64,000 bases of DNA from the human T2T-CHM13v2.0 reference genome, Homo sapiens (GCF_009914755.1 NC_060929.1); one strand, 5' to 3'; positions 1 to 13,740 are shown, counted from the stretch's first letter. A program made the numbers and translations. The notes: generated from the letters alone by a model not told the origin.

Positions 1-47
1 ACAGGAGGGGGCAGAGAGAAGAAAGAAGCTTGAAGGAGGAAACAGTG

Positions 48-695
48 TGTGATGGTTAATATTGAGTGTAAACTTGATTGGATTGAAGGATGAAAATTAT
101 TGTTTCTGGGTGTGTCTGTGAAGGTGTTGCCACAATTAACATTTGAAGTCATGGACTGGGAGAGGAAGACCCACCCTCAATGTGGGTGGGCACCATCCAA
201 TCAGCTGCCAGGGCAGCTAGAAAGTCTTCCAGCTTTCATGTTTCTCCTGTGCTGGATGCTTCCTGCCCTTGAACATCAGACTCCAGGTTCTTGGGCCTTT
301 GGACTCTTGGACTTATACCAGTGGTTTGCTAGGGACTCTTGGGCCTTTGGTTACAGACTAAAGGCTGCATTGTCAGCTTCCCTACTTTTAAGGCTTTGGG
401 ACTCAGACTGAGCCACTATTAGCATCCTTGCTCCTCAGTTTACAGATGGTCTATCTTGGGACCTTACCTTGTGATCCTGTGAGTCAATTCTCCCTAATAA
501 ACTTGCTTTCATATATATCTATATATTTATATATATGAAAGCGTATATTTGTGTGTAAATATTTGTGTGTATATATACACAAATACATATGTATATATGT
601 ATATGTGTGTGTATATATGTGTGTGTGTGTGTGTGTGTGTATTTTATATATATATATATCCTATTAGTTCTGTCCCTCTGGAGAATCCTAATACA
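48..695 (+). mobile_element. MLT2A (MLT2A2-like) solo LTR of HERV-L
   Basis: Starts TGTGATGGTTAATATTGAGTG and ends CCTATTAGTTCTGTCCCTCTGGAGAATCCTAATACA. Perfect 5-bp TSD CAGTG at 43-47 and 696-700. Confidence 0.9.
511..659. repeat. Compound (TA)n/(TG)n microsatellite inside the MLT2A LTR
   Basis: Alternating TA and TG runs, at the position where MLT2 LTRs usually carry a TA tract. Confidence 0.9.
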
Positions 696-819
696 CAGTG
701 TAAATCTATCCAAATATTTTAGATTATTTAAATGTTCTCCTCTGTAGACTCACTGAACTGAAATCATCCTCTTTAATGTACTCCGAGGCTCTTTTATTAT
801 GCAATTTATCAATTTTACA

Positions 820-1010
820 ACATATGTTTATTGAATGCCTACTATGTGCCACACAACATTTTATACATTCAATATACTTCACTTGTATTAACTCATTTAA
901 TTTTCATGGTACCTTTGAAGTAATTATTATTATACCTATTTTTGAGATAAGAAAACTGACAAAGGTTATATTAGTTGCCCAAGATAATACAGAACTAGAA
1001 TTTATGACAA
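820..1010 (-). mobile_element. MIR relic
   Basis: TTTATTGAATGCCTACTATGTGCC...AACTCATTTAATTTTCA...GAGATAAGAAAACTGA...TTGCCCAAG, the antisense MIR core. Confidence 0.7.
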
Positions 1011-1299
1011 ATACATACTTATAATCACGTACTGCATAAAATCATAATTTCTAAATAATGCTTTTTTTACTTGTATATTTAAAGAAACAAATTAATTTCC
1101 AATTCAAACATCTTGGACATCAGTTTTGTGGTCATGCCTGGAGCCACTTTTTGAATCACCTAACATAATATCCCACGCTTCATTTCTGCCTAAGCTGTTC
1201 TTTTTGAATCTGTGTTTTATTCTGACTTATATAGAATTTGAAAATGTTACCAAAACCCCCAACCATTTGAACAATATTTGAACTTTTCATCCATGCATT

Positions 1300-2550
1300 C
1301 AAAATTCACCATAAACTTATGATATTGATTTTTATCAAAATAATGTATCCATATAGCTTAAAATACAAAGTAGTACTATAAAACTTATGAATTTTTTTTG
1401 AAACTAGACTTTTCCCAACTTCCTTATTCCCCAGACACATCAATTCCTCCTGGCCTCCCTTTGGTATTTACCTCTTCATTTCCATATAATATGCTTAATT
1501 TTGTTATTTTTTATTTACCAAAATTAGACAAAATCTATTGTCTTCCTATTGTGAAAAATAAAGATTTAGTATTCTTCTAACACTAGTCTTCCATTTGTTT
1601 CCAACCTCTCTCCTCTAATTAGTTAGATAACTTTTGGTTAAATAGCCAGAGTTTTTGTCAATGTGAATAAGTATATATTGTTTCCTGCTGAGAAATTATG
1701 AATGATGACATTTTCTTTTATATGAATTTCCTAGGGTTAATAATTTACTTATTTTTTCTTTTGTTACTTCTATGTGCACCTATTGTTATCCCTCTCAAAC
1801 ACTCTGACTTTGTATAATATACTTTCAGCATAGTCAACTGCATTGGGTACTTATTTATTTCATTTTCTGAAAGACTGAACACCTAGACCCATCCATCCTC
1901 CTACTTATGTATTTAAGTTGGTGCTTTCCAGGAATGCTGAACATTTTTTGTGCTAGGACATTCTTTTGCTACCTTTCAAGGAAATTCTTTACCTCACTTC
2001 TCAATTAGATCTCCTGTTTTTTGGATACCATGTCTTCCTTCTTTCCAATTGCTACCACATTTCATTGAACACATCTTCCATGGCTTCCCAAGATGTTATG
2101 GGTAAACTCCCTGTGCAACTTTGTGTATATACTACACACTTGATTGACGATTTAGCTAGGTATAAAAATCTAGATTGAAAATATTTTGCCTTCAAATTTT
2201 TTAAAATGCTTTTCTAATTTTATCTAACATCTAGTTTATTGTTTCTGTTCCTGATTTCTCTACTCCCTCCCCCCCTTCTTGGCTATGCACTATAAGCTCT
2301 TTTTATCTTATTGTGTTGAAACTTTATAATAATGATGCAGGGGGTGAGGTTAGAACTTTCAAACTAGAAACATCTTATACAGGCCTAGGAATCTTTTTTT
2401 CTGTATTATCTCTTTGTCCTTTATTCTTCCTTTTATGTGGGATGGTGATCATTCAGAAGTGGTTCGTTAATTTTATTCTCTGATTTTCCAACTCTTTGTC
2501 TTTTATTCTACTTTATGTTTCCTTAACTTTGTCTTCCAGTTGTCTTCTGA
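1300..2550 (-). mobile_element. Highly diverged L1M(E) fragment(s), antisense
   Basis: T-rich tract with GCTAGGTATAAAAATCTAGATTGAAAATATTTTGCCTTC, typical of antisense old L1 ORF1 region. Boundaries approximate. Confidence 0.45.
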
Positions 2551-2581
2551 GTTATTTACCCCCCCACCAAGACTAATCTAA

Positions 2582-2790
2582 TGACTCAGCACAGACTGCC
2601 TGGTTCCATTTCTGACTCTGTCACTTAATATTTAAATGGCTTTTTGCAATTTATTTAACTTAGATAGACTTAGTTTTTTCTCAGAGAAAAAACTACCTAC
2701 CTAACTCTCAGGGTTGTCATGAGGATTAAATGAGTTAAGATTAAATTTTAGAAGACTGCCTGACACATAGTAAATGCTACCAAGCTCATT
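2582..2790 (+). mobile_element. MIR
   Basis: CAGACTGCCTGGTTC...CAGGGTTGTCATGAGGATTAAATGAGTTAA...GCCTGACACATAGTAAATGCT. Confidence 0.8.
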
Positions 2791-3263
2791 TAAATAATTA
2801 TGGGCTTCTCCAGTTCCAGCTGTCAAGAATACTGATAAATAATATGAAATATTAATATATTTAATATATTTTTATATTCATGTATAATATGAATATAAAA
2901 GCTATACCTCATGTTAATCCTAACTTTGCTTTCCTACTTTCTGATACCCATTCATTCCTTCTAAAACTTGAAAGAAGCATTTACCTATTTTGTCTACTCC
3001 ATTCCAAGGTCATAACGATTATCCCCATAACCCCACACGCATATACCTATCTTAAGGCAATTCCCTTCAGCTATTTTTCACTGAGACTATGCCACATTCA
3101 GCATCTTGGCCATAATTCCCCATAGAACACACTCAGTGGAGAATAACCCAGGTTATTAAAGAGGACTCTGAATCTTGCCATTTAAAGAATACTTGAAAAA
3201 TTAGATGTTTTTATCCCAGAGAAAGGATGGCAAAGCAGAGCAAGTAAATGTTTTACCATTGCC

Positions 3264-3797
3264 TGTTTTGGGGACCCATTTAGAATTTCCGAGTTGGTAT
3301 GAAGTTTATTTTAAACTGAAGACATTTAGGATTCAACAGATGCATAAAGAAGCCCTCTTGGAGCTGCACTTATCTAATCAAAAGCAAAGACTTCTGGGAA
3401 ATGAGGCTGCCATAAATTCCATCTCCGGGCTGGCTTTTACTCCCATGAAGGAGATCAAGAGTGAACCTACCAAAAATTCCATCTCTAGAATAGTTTTATG
3501 GCCTTGGAGAAAACATAAAGACCACTCACACCTGCATACCACGCACAAAGCATTATGACAGTTTTCCTATCTCCTGCTGGCTCTTCCCAAAACCCATTTG
3601 TTCTTCCCATAGAGGCCTTTTGCTTCCACTCCTTTTTTCCTAAGTTAGATATGTAAACCTCAAGCTTTAACCGTTTATGAGCTACTTCTTTTGTTAACTC
3701 CTGTATGCATACAAATGCACTTCTTTTCTCCAGTTCATCTGTCTGTCGTCAGTTAAACTCACAGGTCCCCAGACGCAGAAAGTTTTCCTTCCTGACA
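3264..3797 (+). mobile_element. ERV1 solo LTR, MER34-group-like
   Basis: TG...CA termini. The 3' end CATCTGTCTGTCGTCAGTT...GAAAGTTTTCCTTCCTGACA resembles MER34-family LTR ends. No clean TSD. Confidence 0.55.
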
Positions 3798-3799
3798 CT

Positions 3800-4320
3800 G
3801 CAGCACCCAGTCCCCTTCAATTGCTAGTAACTCTCTTGTTCTCCTTTGGAAAACCATTCTTTTCTCACTATCAGTCTATATGGTTCAAGTGGGACTGACT
3901 TCACCCATTGGCTCCAGGAATTAACAGATAACATGGATCCAGGAAGGATCAGGCTGGTCAGAGCATTGAATCCCCTTGTTTCATTGACAGGCTGAGGGAT
4001 GGGTCTAATGCAGTAAAATCAATAATTTGAGGACTCTTCTGGATTTATTGGGAAAGACAAGCTTTTTTCCCCAATGGTGTAGCACGTGACATGATTTTGA
4101 CCACATAAAGAAATCCTGTTATAGCAATGAAGTCAGCACAGAGGAAAAACAGAGAGGACAGACAGATTACTAACCATGACATTTAGCCCTCAATACACTT
4201 ACACCTGAAGCTATAAACCATGGAATTTTTTAAATTTATATGAGCTAATAAATTTCCATTTTTTTTAAGCCAGTTTGAGTTGGGATTCTGTCATTTTCAA
4301 GTAAAAGTCCTGAGTAACTC
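3800..4320 (+). mobile_element. Old MaLR LTR (MLT1K/L-like)
   Basis: 3' end GAGCTAATAAATTTCCATTTTTTTAAGCCAGTTTGAGTTGGGATTCTGTCA...AAAAGTCCTGAGTAA. Confidence 0.65.
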
Positions 4321-4689
4321 AGTGGGCATGAAAGCTGCCTTTATGGATATCAAGTAAGAGCATACTTGAACTGAATTCATTCGCTGGGAAAACATTTATC
4401 TCATGTCTGTTATGTGTAACAGTCTTAAGGATTTCTGAAAAACTCTAGTTGTGACAATTCATTCATAGACTGACCTTGGCCTAGATAATAAAGGGACATT
4501 TTATTAAGCCTAGCACTTGAAAAAAACCTTCTTTAAAGGGGATAGGATTAAAGGATAATCTCTTCCACTCAGATAAATATTTATAGTCATCAAGTTTTTT
4601 TTTTTCCCCCAGTAAGGTAGATGCTTTAAAAAGGAAAAGGAACTTGCTTAAGAAACTCCAGAGTATAGAACATTTTTTAAAAGAAAATG

Positions 4690-4910
4690 TAGCATAAAAA
4701 CATAGACCCTGAAATCAGACTCATCAGTTTTAAACCCTGATTCTACCACTTATAAGCCGTATGCTCTTAAATAATTTACTTAACCCTTTTATGTTTCAAG
4801 TTCCTCAGTTGTAAATTATCAGAAACTGTCACAACTCACAGACTGTTGTGAGGATTAAATGAAATACCATATGTAAAGAATTTAGCATTTTTTTCTGGCA
4901 CAGATATTAT
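4690..4910 (+). mobile_element. MIR
   Basis: ACCCTGATTCTACCACTTA...GTTGTGAGGATTAAATGAAATA...TGTAAAG. Confidence 0.75.
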
Positions 4911-5296
4911 TACTGATACCATCACCAATAAATTGGGTTTGAATCTAAACATGCTCCTTCCAACAAAATGCTAGATTTGATATGATTTTTTTCCTCATTA
5001 TGTCCTATTTCAAATTTTGTTTTCTCTCTGAAGTACTTAAAAGAAAAAATCTGTCCTTTCTCTGGCTTAGGTGGTTTAGGTTGGTAATATTAATAACAGG
5101 CTTTGACTGATAGCCTTTAGAATACTGAGAACTATTTTTCAAAAAGTTAGAATAAATGTCAGCACCCTGATAGGAGAAAGATTTTTTTTGCTATGCAAAC
5201 AGATGATAAAGAGACACTTCTGCGGGGTGTTTACCCTTGGCCCTCTCAAACCACCAGATAGGTAGCCACCTACTCTGGTGTAAAATATACGTAGAG

Positions 5297-5753
<457 letters not shown>

Positions 5754-5889
5754 TTACTCACAGCTATCGGGAACATGCTCTTTCATTAAAAAATAATAAT
5801 AATAATAAAAAGAGACTCACCAAACATCTCTGAAAGCGATTAGCCAAAGACACCACCATAAATCTCATATCCATGAGCATCACCAAAAT

Positions 5890-6064
5890 TGAGTAGGGTT
5901 GGTGGCATGGGTTTTCTTTTTCGGGCAATAAAAATGTTCTAAAATTGACTGTGGCAATGGTTGCACACATCTGTGAATATTCTAAGAACCATTGAATTTT
6001 ATGCTTTAAATGAGTGAATTGAGAAATGCAAATTATGTCTCAACAAAACTGTTAAAAAGAAAAA
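5890..6064 (+). mobile_element. L1MB-type 3' end
   Basis: AAAATGTTCTAAAATTGACTGTGGCAATGGTTGCACACATCTGTGAATATTCTAAGAACCATTGAATT...CTCAACAAAACTGTTAAAAA. Confidence 0.8.
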
Positions 6065-6159
6065 TGAGTGGAGTCGCCCAGCCTGGTTCTCTTGGCCCAC
6101 ATCTATACAAGTATTGCACAACCATGAACATGACAGCAAAACAATGAGAGACAGCACCA

Positions 6160-6380
6160 ACTAATACTTGAACTGATTGCTATGTATCAAGCACTTTGAT
6201 AGACATTTTGTTATCTCATTTAATTATCACAGCAAATCAATAAGCATTATTCCTATTTCCATTTGTCAGAAGAGAAAACAAAAGCTCAGGGTGGTTATCC
6301 TGACCAAGGTCATGGTCAACAGGGTCAGGATCCAAATTTGTCATTAGTCTCACCCTCAAACCCATATTCGTGACCACCAA
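6160..6380 (-). mobile_element. MIR
   Basis: TATGTATCAAGCACT...TTATCTCATTTAATTATCACA...GAGAAAACAAAAGCTCAG...CCAAGGTCA. Confidence 0.7.
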
Positions 6381-7915
6381 ATAGATAATATTCCCCCATG
6401 TAGAACTCCCACTTTTGTCAAGCTTCTATGTACAAATAAAACTGTCTGCAATTAGCATAGACTAGAATCCCAGGATGGGCAGCAGCTTGATTTGGGGCTA
6501 GAAAACATTGGGTTCCACTGTTGGGAGGACAACAAACACACAGACATGCACATATATATATATCCCTGATCTTTTGGGTTAGAAAACAGAATTTTTAAAT
6601 AATAACAGGTAATAAAAAGAGCTTTTTATTTAACTTATTAAATGAATATAACTTTAAAATGATCAATTGTTTTACATTTAATCAAATGGTTTTATTAAAT
6701 AGATTTTATTTCATACACCTAATTTAGCTGCACTCTCACTTTAGTCAAATTCTGTCAACTGATTTGGAAATTTATCCTTTATGCTAAAGAACTGATGAGT
6801 GAGTGCACATGAGTTTATAAAGACTCAGGAAAACGCCCCTCATCTGTACAGTATTAAAACTAAATGAGAAATCATAAATGATCTAGTCCAATCTCTATTT
6901 CCAAGGTGAAAAAAATTAGGGCCAAAGAGGACATTCTTGAACCTCCTACCAAAAGGAAGTATCAAAAACTAGATTTATCTAACTCTAGGAGAATAGCAAG
7001 TTTTTGGCAACGTTACGTAGAAGGAATTGCTCTGATTTTTCTCACTTTTGGTGTTTCAAGTACAAATGTTTGGCATGTTCTTATTAAATGTTCTCCAACA
7101 TTTTCATCACCAAAAACCTAAATTATTATCTCTCTACAGTCTCCATTTGTTGTGGTGTCTGTAATTTACTTTGAAATACTTCAGTGTGAACTGTGTGATT
7201 TATATATGCCTGTGTGAGTTAGTTTTAGTTTATAACCTGAGAATAGCTAGTTAATGTTTCTGGTATCTTCATGGAGAATACATGCTCTAAGGACGGTGTT
7301 TGAAAGACAATCAAAAGCTCACACAGGACTTTAGCTACCTTTATCTCCAATGAAAATCAGGTTTGGGTAATTAGCATAAGTGATTATTAGAAACATTTTT
7401 CCATAAAGACATGTAAGAATACAGTAAGCCTAGAAACAGACAGTCTTCAGAATGGTGTCTAAGATTAGGATTCAGAAGTATGTCTCAGTTCAGATAGTGG
7501 TGCAGAGAATTTCTGTCACTTGACTCCAACTGGCAAGGTTAGAGGTTCCCAGGACTCAGCCTCAACCATCTCTAGTAAACTTTCATATAGTCAGGACTTT
7601 ATTTTAAAAAGTATGATTCATAGCTATTTGCATGTCTGCTTATATTTGTGGCAGATATGAATTGCTTTCTGATTGCATATAGCTCAGTTGTAGCATCACG
7701 GAGGAAGAAATCTGTAAATTCTTACATGCCTCTAAATCATGGAGGCTACTGACATTAACAAAAAACACCCAATTATCATGCATGACTAAATTAGCATTGG
7801 CCAGTTTGCAAGAGCACTTCTTGAAATATTTGGTGTTTGAATTGTTCCTGTTAAAGTATTATAAGGACGTTTTAGGGCTGCATTCAAGAGTAAATTAGGG
7901 AATAGACTCTAATCC

Positions 7916-8110
7916 AATGGTTCCTGAGCCTATCTGAACTGGAAATACCTGAAGAGGTTTTGAAAACATAGATGACAGCCTGGCCCCAGAATTACTGAAT
8001 CAGAATCTCCAAATACGAGACTTGGATATCTATATATCTCATAGTTCCCTCAGTGGTTCTTATAAAGTTAGACACACTAATTCATGAGCCAGCTGGCTTT
8101 TGGAAATCAC
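7916..8110. mobile_element. MER5-family hAT MITE
   Basis: CAATGGTTCC...CCCCAGAATTACTGAATCAGAATCTCC...TTTGGAAATCAC. Confidence 0.65.
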
Positions 8111-8849
8111 ATAGCAAAATAACCCTTAAAGTTTCTTCTGTAATTCTATGTCTATATTACTCCTAGTTCAAAAACCTCTTGAAACATCACTTGAAATGTC
8201 TATACTAGAGAAGCACAGACAGAGACAGGAAGAGAGGCAAATGATGGATCCTGGAGAGAGAAGATAGGTATCAGGAAATGGGGAGATGCTACAAGAATTC
8301 TAATTAAGGATCTCCTTATAATCTGGGATAATGACAAGGACCACTAGACAGACCCCTTCCTTTCCTTGGAACTGAGAAATCAATCATAAGCTAACAGCTT
8401 ACTTTTGCCAACTCTCAGTTAAATCCCTGGCTAGAGTTTATCTTGAGCAAATGAATTCTAGTTATTCCTCCTAACTCTTGTTGGCAGAACACAGGACATT
8501 TACCATCTGTTCAGCTTTGCATTGGCAATAGGTAAACACTGCCTATCTCCCCAAGGCAATAAGCAGAAAGAGGTAACAAATCACAGTAGAGCTGAGGGTG
8601 GGGCTTCAATGTCTGGCTGAGTTACTCCACTGAGAAGGATTTCTGCAGCTCTAGTGGCTTGCTTAGCTAGCTGGGACGAGGACCTGATTCCTATTCACCA
8701 ATGCAATTCTATGATGGTGGAAAGTTATAAATCTTTCTTATATTAGTTCTCGACTTTTACATTTTCTTCAAACGTTTGGATGAACTTTAAACCTGTGGTT
8801 TACTGAGAAGTTACTTTGGTCAAGCCCTCTGCAATCACGACTGAAACCC

Positions 8850-9780
8850 AAGATTCTCTGCTCTCAGGAAACTTACAATTTAGCATGGAAAACAATTCAA
8901 CAGGTAATCAACAATGTTCTAAGTACTCTGACAGGGATAGCAGGTGCCCTGAAGGCACCTAGGAAGGGTTGCTTAGTGGAACTGGAATGAGCATTGTCAC
9001 AAAAGGCTTTGCCAAGGTTTTACTTAAACAGAGACGTTTATGAGTTAGCTGGTAGAAAGAAAGAGCATTACCCGAGAAATCACAAATATAATCAACAACG
9101 TCATATGCCTGGAGCATAGAGACAAAGGTAGACAGAGGCAAGAGTTGAAGCTAAAATGATACTCAGAGTTTAAGTAATGAAGGTCTTCTCAGGCCATGCT
9201 AATGAATTGGCATTTTACCCTAATGGCAATAGGAAGACTTTGAAGGGTTTTAAGTCTGAGAACAATAAGATGAGACTTACCACCTCCCCACAGTCTCCCA
9301 TCCTAAATATATTCATTTATTATTCATTCAACAAATATTATCAGCACTTCTTATATTTGATAGTACTGCTATAGGAAGAGATACAGTGCTGAAACAGAAA
9401 AGACCTATGTTCTCATGGAGCAGGAGAAACAAACCCACACATTTAGAAGATAATGTCTGATGGTGGTATGTACTGTGAGGATAATAAAATGACTGACTGA
9501 GGCAGAGTGTGCAGGGCTGTTTTTGGCAGTAGAGTCAGAAAACGCCTCTATGGCAGTAGAGTCAGAAAACATCTCTATCTAGAGGTGTTTGAGATAAAAT
9601 AGTCTTATGAATATCTGGGTAAAGGGTATTAGAGGCAAAGGAAGCAGCAAGAACAAAGGCCCTGAATTAAATAGAAACCTGGGATGTTAAAGGAAAAGAA
9701 GGAATGTTAGAGTCACTTCAATGTAATGGGCCAGAATAACAGTGTAAAGTTGGACTGGAGAGGTAATAATGGAGCACTTA
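8850..9780 (-). mobile_element. L2 fragments (two pieces)
   Basis: CTGCTCTCAGGAAACTTACAAT, AGGCCATGCTAATGAATTGGCATTTTACCCTAATGGCAATAGGAAG, and CATTCAACAAATATT (antisense L2 3' end) near 9320. Confidence 0.65.
9524..9577 (+). repeat. 27-bp tandem duplication
   Basis: TGGCAGTAGAGTCAGAAAACGCCTCTA followed by TGGCAGTAGAGTCAGAAAACATCTCTA (25/27 identical). Confidence 0.9.
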
Positions 9781-9958
9781 CTCCCATGAGTGTTGGGAAT
9801 ACAACAATCTCAAGTTGAACTTGAGAGAACCTTTTCTCTTGATATACTGCTTTCTTCCTACTCTGCCCTTTTAATCAGACTTTTCCTAGAACACAAAGTA
9901 TCTCTTTATTTCTTTATTTATCCTCAGGATTCTGGTCCCTTCTGATGTCCTCCAGGAA

Positions 9959-10071
9959 TAAGGTGACCAACTCATCTTATTTTTCTGGGACTTGCCCAAT
10001 TTTAAAATGGAAGGCCCCACATCCTAGGAACCCTTTCAGTCTCAGACAAACAAGGACAATTGATCACTCTA
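9959..10071. mobile_element. MER81 (hAT-Blackjack MITE)
   Basis: TIR-like ends TAAGGTGACCAA and TTGATCACTCTA. The ~113-bp length and internal GGGACTT...GGAACCC match MER81. Confidence 0.75.
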
Positions 10072-10271
10072 TTGAGGACACCTACCCCATCACCCCAGAC
10101 TCAGGATCTCACAGATACTCAAAACCTATTTCCCATGCCAGTGTTTCTCCAGAGATGGGGACAGCAGAGAGACAGACAGCAGCCAGATTATCAGGGGCTT
10201 GTGGATCATGGCAATAAGTTTGCACTTTATTCAAAGGACAGAAGGGTGTATCCCTAAAGCATCAGTAATGC

Positions 10272-10796
10272 TATATTACCTATCTACTGCTATGTGACAA
10301 ATTTCCCCTCCAAAAATATTGATTTAAACAACCAGAATCACTTATTTTTCTCTCACAGATTTTGTGGGCCAGGAATTCAGATGTGGCTTGGCTGGACAAT
10401 TCTGGCTTGAATGTCTCATAAGGCTGCAGTGAGATTTCAGCCAAAGCTACAGTCATCTGAAGGCTTCACTGGGCTGAAGCATCTGCTTCCAAAGTGCCTC
10501 CCTCATATGACTGTCAGATTGGTGCTGGCTTTTGGAAAACCTCAGTTCCTCTCTATGTGGACCTCTCCACAGGGCTACCTGAATGTCCTCACACCATAAC
10601 GGCTGGCTTCCTCCAGAATAAGTGATCAGGATAGAAGCTCAGTACCTTTTATCACCAGACTCAGAAATCATACAATGTTCCATGCTATCAATGATATTCT
10701 TTTGGTTACAGGTTTGATTCATCATGTGATGAGACAAGGGTACAAATACCAGTAAGTGAGAATCACTGGGGGCTATCTTAGAGGCTGGTGGCCACA
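10272..10796 (-). mobile_element. MLT1F-like MaLR solo LTR
   Basis: TTTTGTGGGCCAGGAATTCAG...GTCATCTGAAGGCTT...GGGGCTATCTTAGAGGCTGGTGGCCACA. Confidence 0.8.
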
Positions 10797-11219
10797 GATG
10801 TCACTTTAAATACTGGCTTACTAACTCACTAAAGAATGTTCTTGGTCAGGGAGGTAACTAAACGATTCAATGTGATTTTTCTCTACAAGCAAATTTCTAC
10901 TAATGGAACAACTATGGAAGGCACATCCACACACTGTAAGCTACTGATTTTATGTAGTCACAGGTACTTCAGATACCATGATGCTAAAGTTATGCTCTGA
11001 GATTAGTATTGCTTTCAAGAGTCATTAGACCTCCCTTCGTGGTATGAACAAACTGTGTTGCTAATATACTCACCCATTCCATCAACATTCATTGGCCACC
11101 AGATGTATAGGAGGACATAGCCAAGAAGAAAAAGCCACAGTTACCAAGATTTGAGACTTTGCAGCTGCTTAGCTTGGAACACATGCTGATGAACTTTGCC
11201 TATCTCATTACAAAGAACT

Positions 11220-11530
11220 CATGAAACGGTTGGAGTCAGAAGATGAGTTATGGCCTCCTCCTGAAATAACTCAAAGATAAGACAGATATCTAACAACTTC
11301 CCAAAAGTACAAAGTGCTTGAGGTAGGAGTGTTTGAAAATGCAAAAAGAATACCTGAGGTGGAGTGAATAGGAGGGTGGAGAAGTTCAGAAAGATAGCCA
11401 AGACCCAGATTTGCAAGGCCTATAATAGAGATTAGGACTTTGGATATATTCTAGTGCATAGAAGATACCAGAGCATTTCAAGCATAGGGAAAATGTAATC
11501 TGAATTCTTTTAAAAGGATCACTTTGCTTG
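11220..11530 (-). mobile_element. L2 fragment
   Basis: GCAAGGCCTATAATAGAGATTAGGACTTTGGATATATTCT...AAAAGGATCACTTTG. Confidence 0.5.
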
Positions 11531-11534
11531 TTAC

Positions 11535-11890
11535 TGCTGCTCCACAATCAGCCAGAGGGATATGTCTGAAATGCTGTCTTAGGTATTCACATCTCCCGCC
11601 TCACTTCAACCAGCTCTTCATTCAAATGTCACCTCATCAAGTAGGATGACTTAACCACTCTATCTAAAATAGCAGTTCCATTCCCCCTCACTCTCCATTC
11701 CCTTATGCTGCATTATATTTTTTAGCAGCACACATTATATGATGCAATGGTATATATTTATGTATGTTTTAACGATTATTATCTACTCCCCCTTCTCAAG
11801 GGCAGGCCTTTATTTTAGGCATGTCCACAATGCCTAAAATGCAGCATAGAGTATATTCAGAGTGAATATTTGTTGAGTAAATGAATGAAT
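11535..11890 (+). mobile_element. L2 3' end
   Basis: TTCAAATGTCACCTC...CCACTCTATCTAAAATAGCA..., ending AATATTTGTTGAGTAAATGAATGAAT. Confidence 0.75.
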
Positions 11891-13504
11891 CTCAAATACT
11901 GAATTTTTTTTTCACATCCCCATTGGAAAAGGCTCTCTCCCACTTCTCAAGCTTGTTAGTCATGAAGTAGTTACATCATATGAAAACAGATAACTTAGCA
12001 TGTTGTCTGGAAAGCTATTTTAAAAGCAATTCTTAAACACTATTTGTCATCAGCAGGAAAGACTTTCAAGTTTAATTGGCAATAGCTATCATTTGCTTGG
12101 GAGAAAAATATAGTGACCTGCCTCCTGTTTATATTTCTCCTATGCAAAGGTGTTTAATTTCACCTTGCATATGACTCATCGACCTATGATTTGTATTTTA
12201 ATAATGTGTGCCTGTGCTTTATCTTCTCGCTTAGCAGGCAGCTTTTTAAAGCCAGGAATTACATATCTGTGCCTTGGTTTCTTCATCAGCAAAACAGATT
12301 TGATAATAATATCTTCTTCATATTTTAATACAAGAATTATAGAAGATAATACATTCTAATCACTGAGGATAGGACAAGGTCCACAGAATCTTCCCGAAAA
12401 TGCTAGTTGCTTTTGTTACAATAAAATCAGTAATGATTATAAATACATATTCTTAACACCTAGCACGAAATACAAAGCCTCGCAAGCAACAGAAATCTGA
12501 AACAGCTATTAAATAAAAGCAGGGAAACGTTCTTCCTCAGGGTAAGACCAGCGATATATAAGCACTTACTGTTTGCAGTGATACATTTAAATACGTGGGC
12601 AAACTCTCTCCCAGTTTTACAGGGTCTTAGCAAAAGATGGAGCAGCTATTTGAGGGATCTCTTATAAGTTCACATGTGAAGCAAGCCACATCCCAGGTCA
12701 AGAAAGTGTACGGCAAAAAAGGTGAATAGCCATCATCTCACATGTGTGGAGTGGATGCTTAATAACAGATGGAGGGAAAACCTTCAACTCCTTGAATCTG
12801 TATTCTATATTATCACTGGGCTTCTTCCTCACCAATAATTCAACAGAGCCCTTTGAGAACCTGTGCAAAGAGGCCCTGCTGGCTAACAGCCTTCACTCTG
12901 CCAACTCCTTGAACCGTGGAACCAGATCCACTGACCTTCAGGGATAAGTACCAAATGTCTATTTTCTCTTTCGGTCAGAAACACCATAGGCATAACACTA
13001 CATCTGCCTTCACTCCTGTGTTGCAGAGTAAAAGCTGTTTCACCTCTCTTTTCACCACCAGTCTCCAGCTGGTTACAGCCTTGGGTTAATTAAATCAGAG
13101 ACCTCACTCCCCTTAAGCCTTTGAGGTACCACCTGTAATTATTCCAGTATTTAGAGATGTCAAATATTTGTATTTAGGATATTTAAAGTGCATTCAATCC
13201 CTGTGGATAGGGGATACGGTTTTATAATAAAACCATAGGCAACTCCATTTGGAGAAAGAAGTCGTGTGTGGCACTAAAACACACAGTAAAGAATTCCTTC
13301 ACGCCAGTGAAGCAATGCTCAAAATAATGACATTCATCTTCCACTCTGTGCTAAGCATAATGATAGGCAGCCTGTGAGCAATAAAAAGAAATGAGACATG
13401 GCCTCCGCCTTCAGGAACCTTATCCTCCATCAGGATAAACAAAACATGTGCAGAAGCTAATAAGAAAGCAGGTGCTTTCGGTCAAGAAAAGATCATACAA
13501 ATCC

Positions 13505-13740
13505 ATGGCAAGATAGTATAAAAGTGAGGAGTCCAGGTTTTGGATTTAGAAGATCAGTGTTTAAATCTTGGCTCCACTCCTACTACTCAGCAGTATGGCT
13601 TTGAGCAGTTACTTTCCCTATTTGACACTGTTTCCCCATCTGCTAATAACAAGACCCACAGCAGAGAGATGTTATAGGGACTCAAGAGAATGTATATAAA
13701 ATGCTTTAGTGCAGTGGCTGACACAGAGTACTTACCCAAT
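13505..13740 (+). mobile_element. MIR
   Basis: TTTAAATCTTGGCTCCACT...CTTTGAGCAGTTACTT...GTTTCCCCATCTG...GCTGACACAGAGTA. Confidence 0.7.

Noticed and set aside
100-411. 103-aa ORF
   Set aside because: Lies wholly inside the MLT2A LTR, has a non-ATG start and shows no protein similarity I recognise.
3205-3558. 117-aa ORF
   Set aside because: Mostly within the MER34-like LTR, with no coding signature.
12680-12860. Possible minus-strand exon after CTCTTTGCACAG (open frame FSKGSVELLVRKK...)
   Set aside because: Weak polypyrimidine tract, no convincing donor, no recognisable protein and no partner exons.
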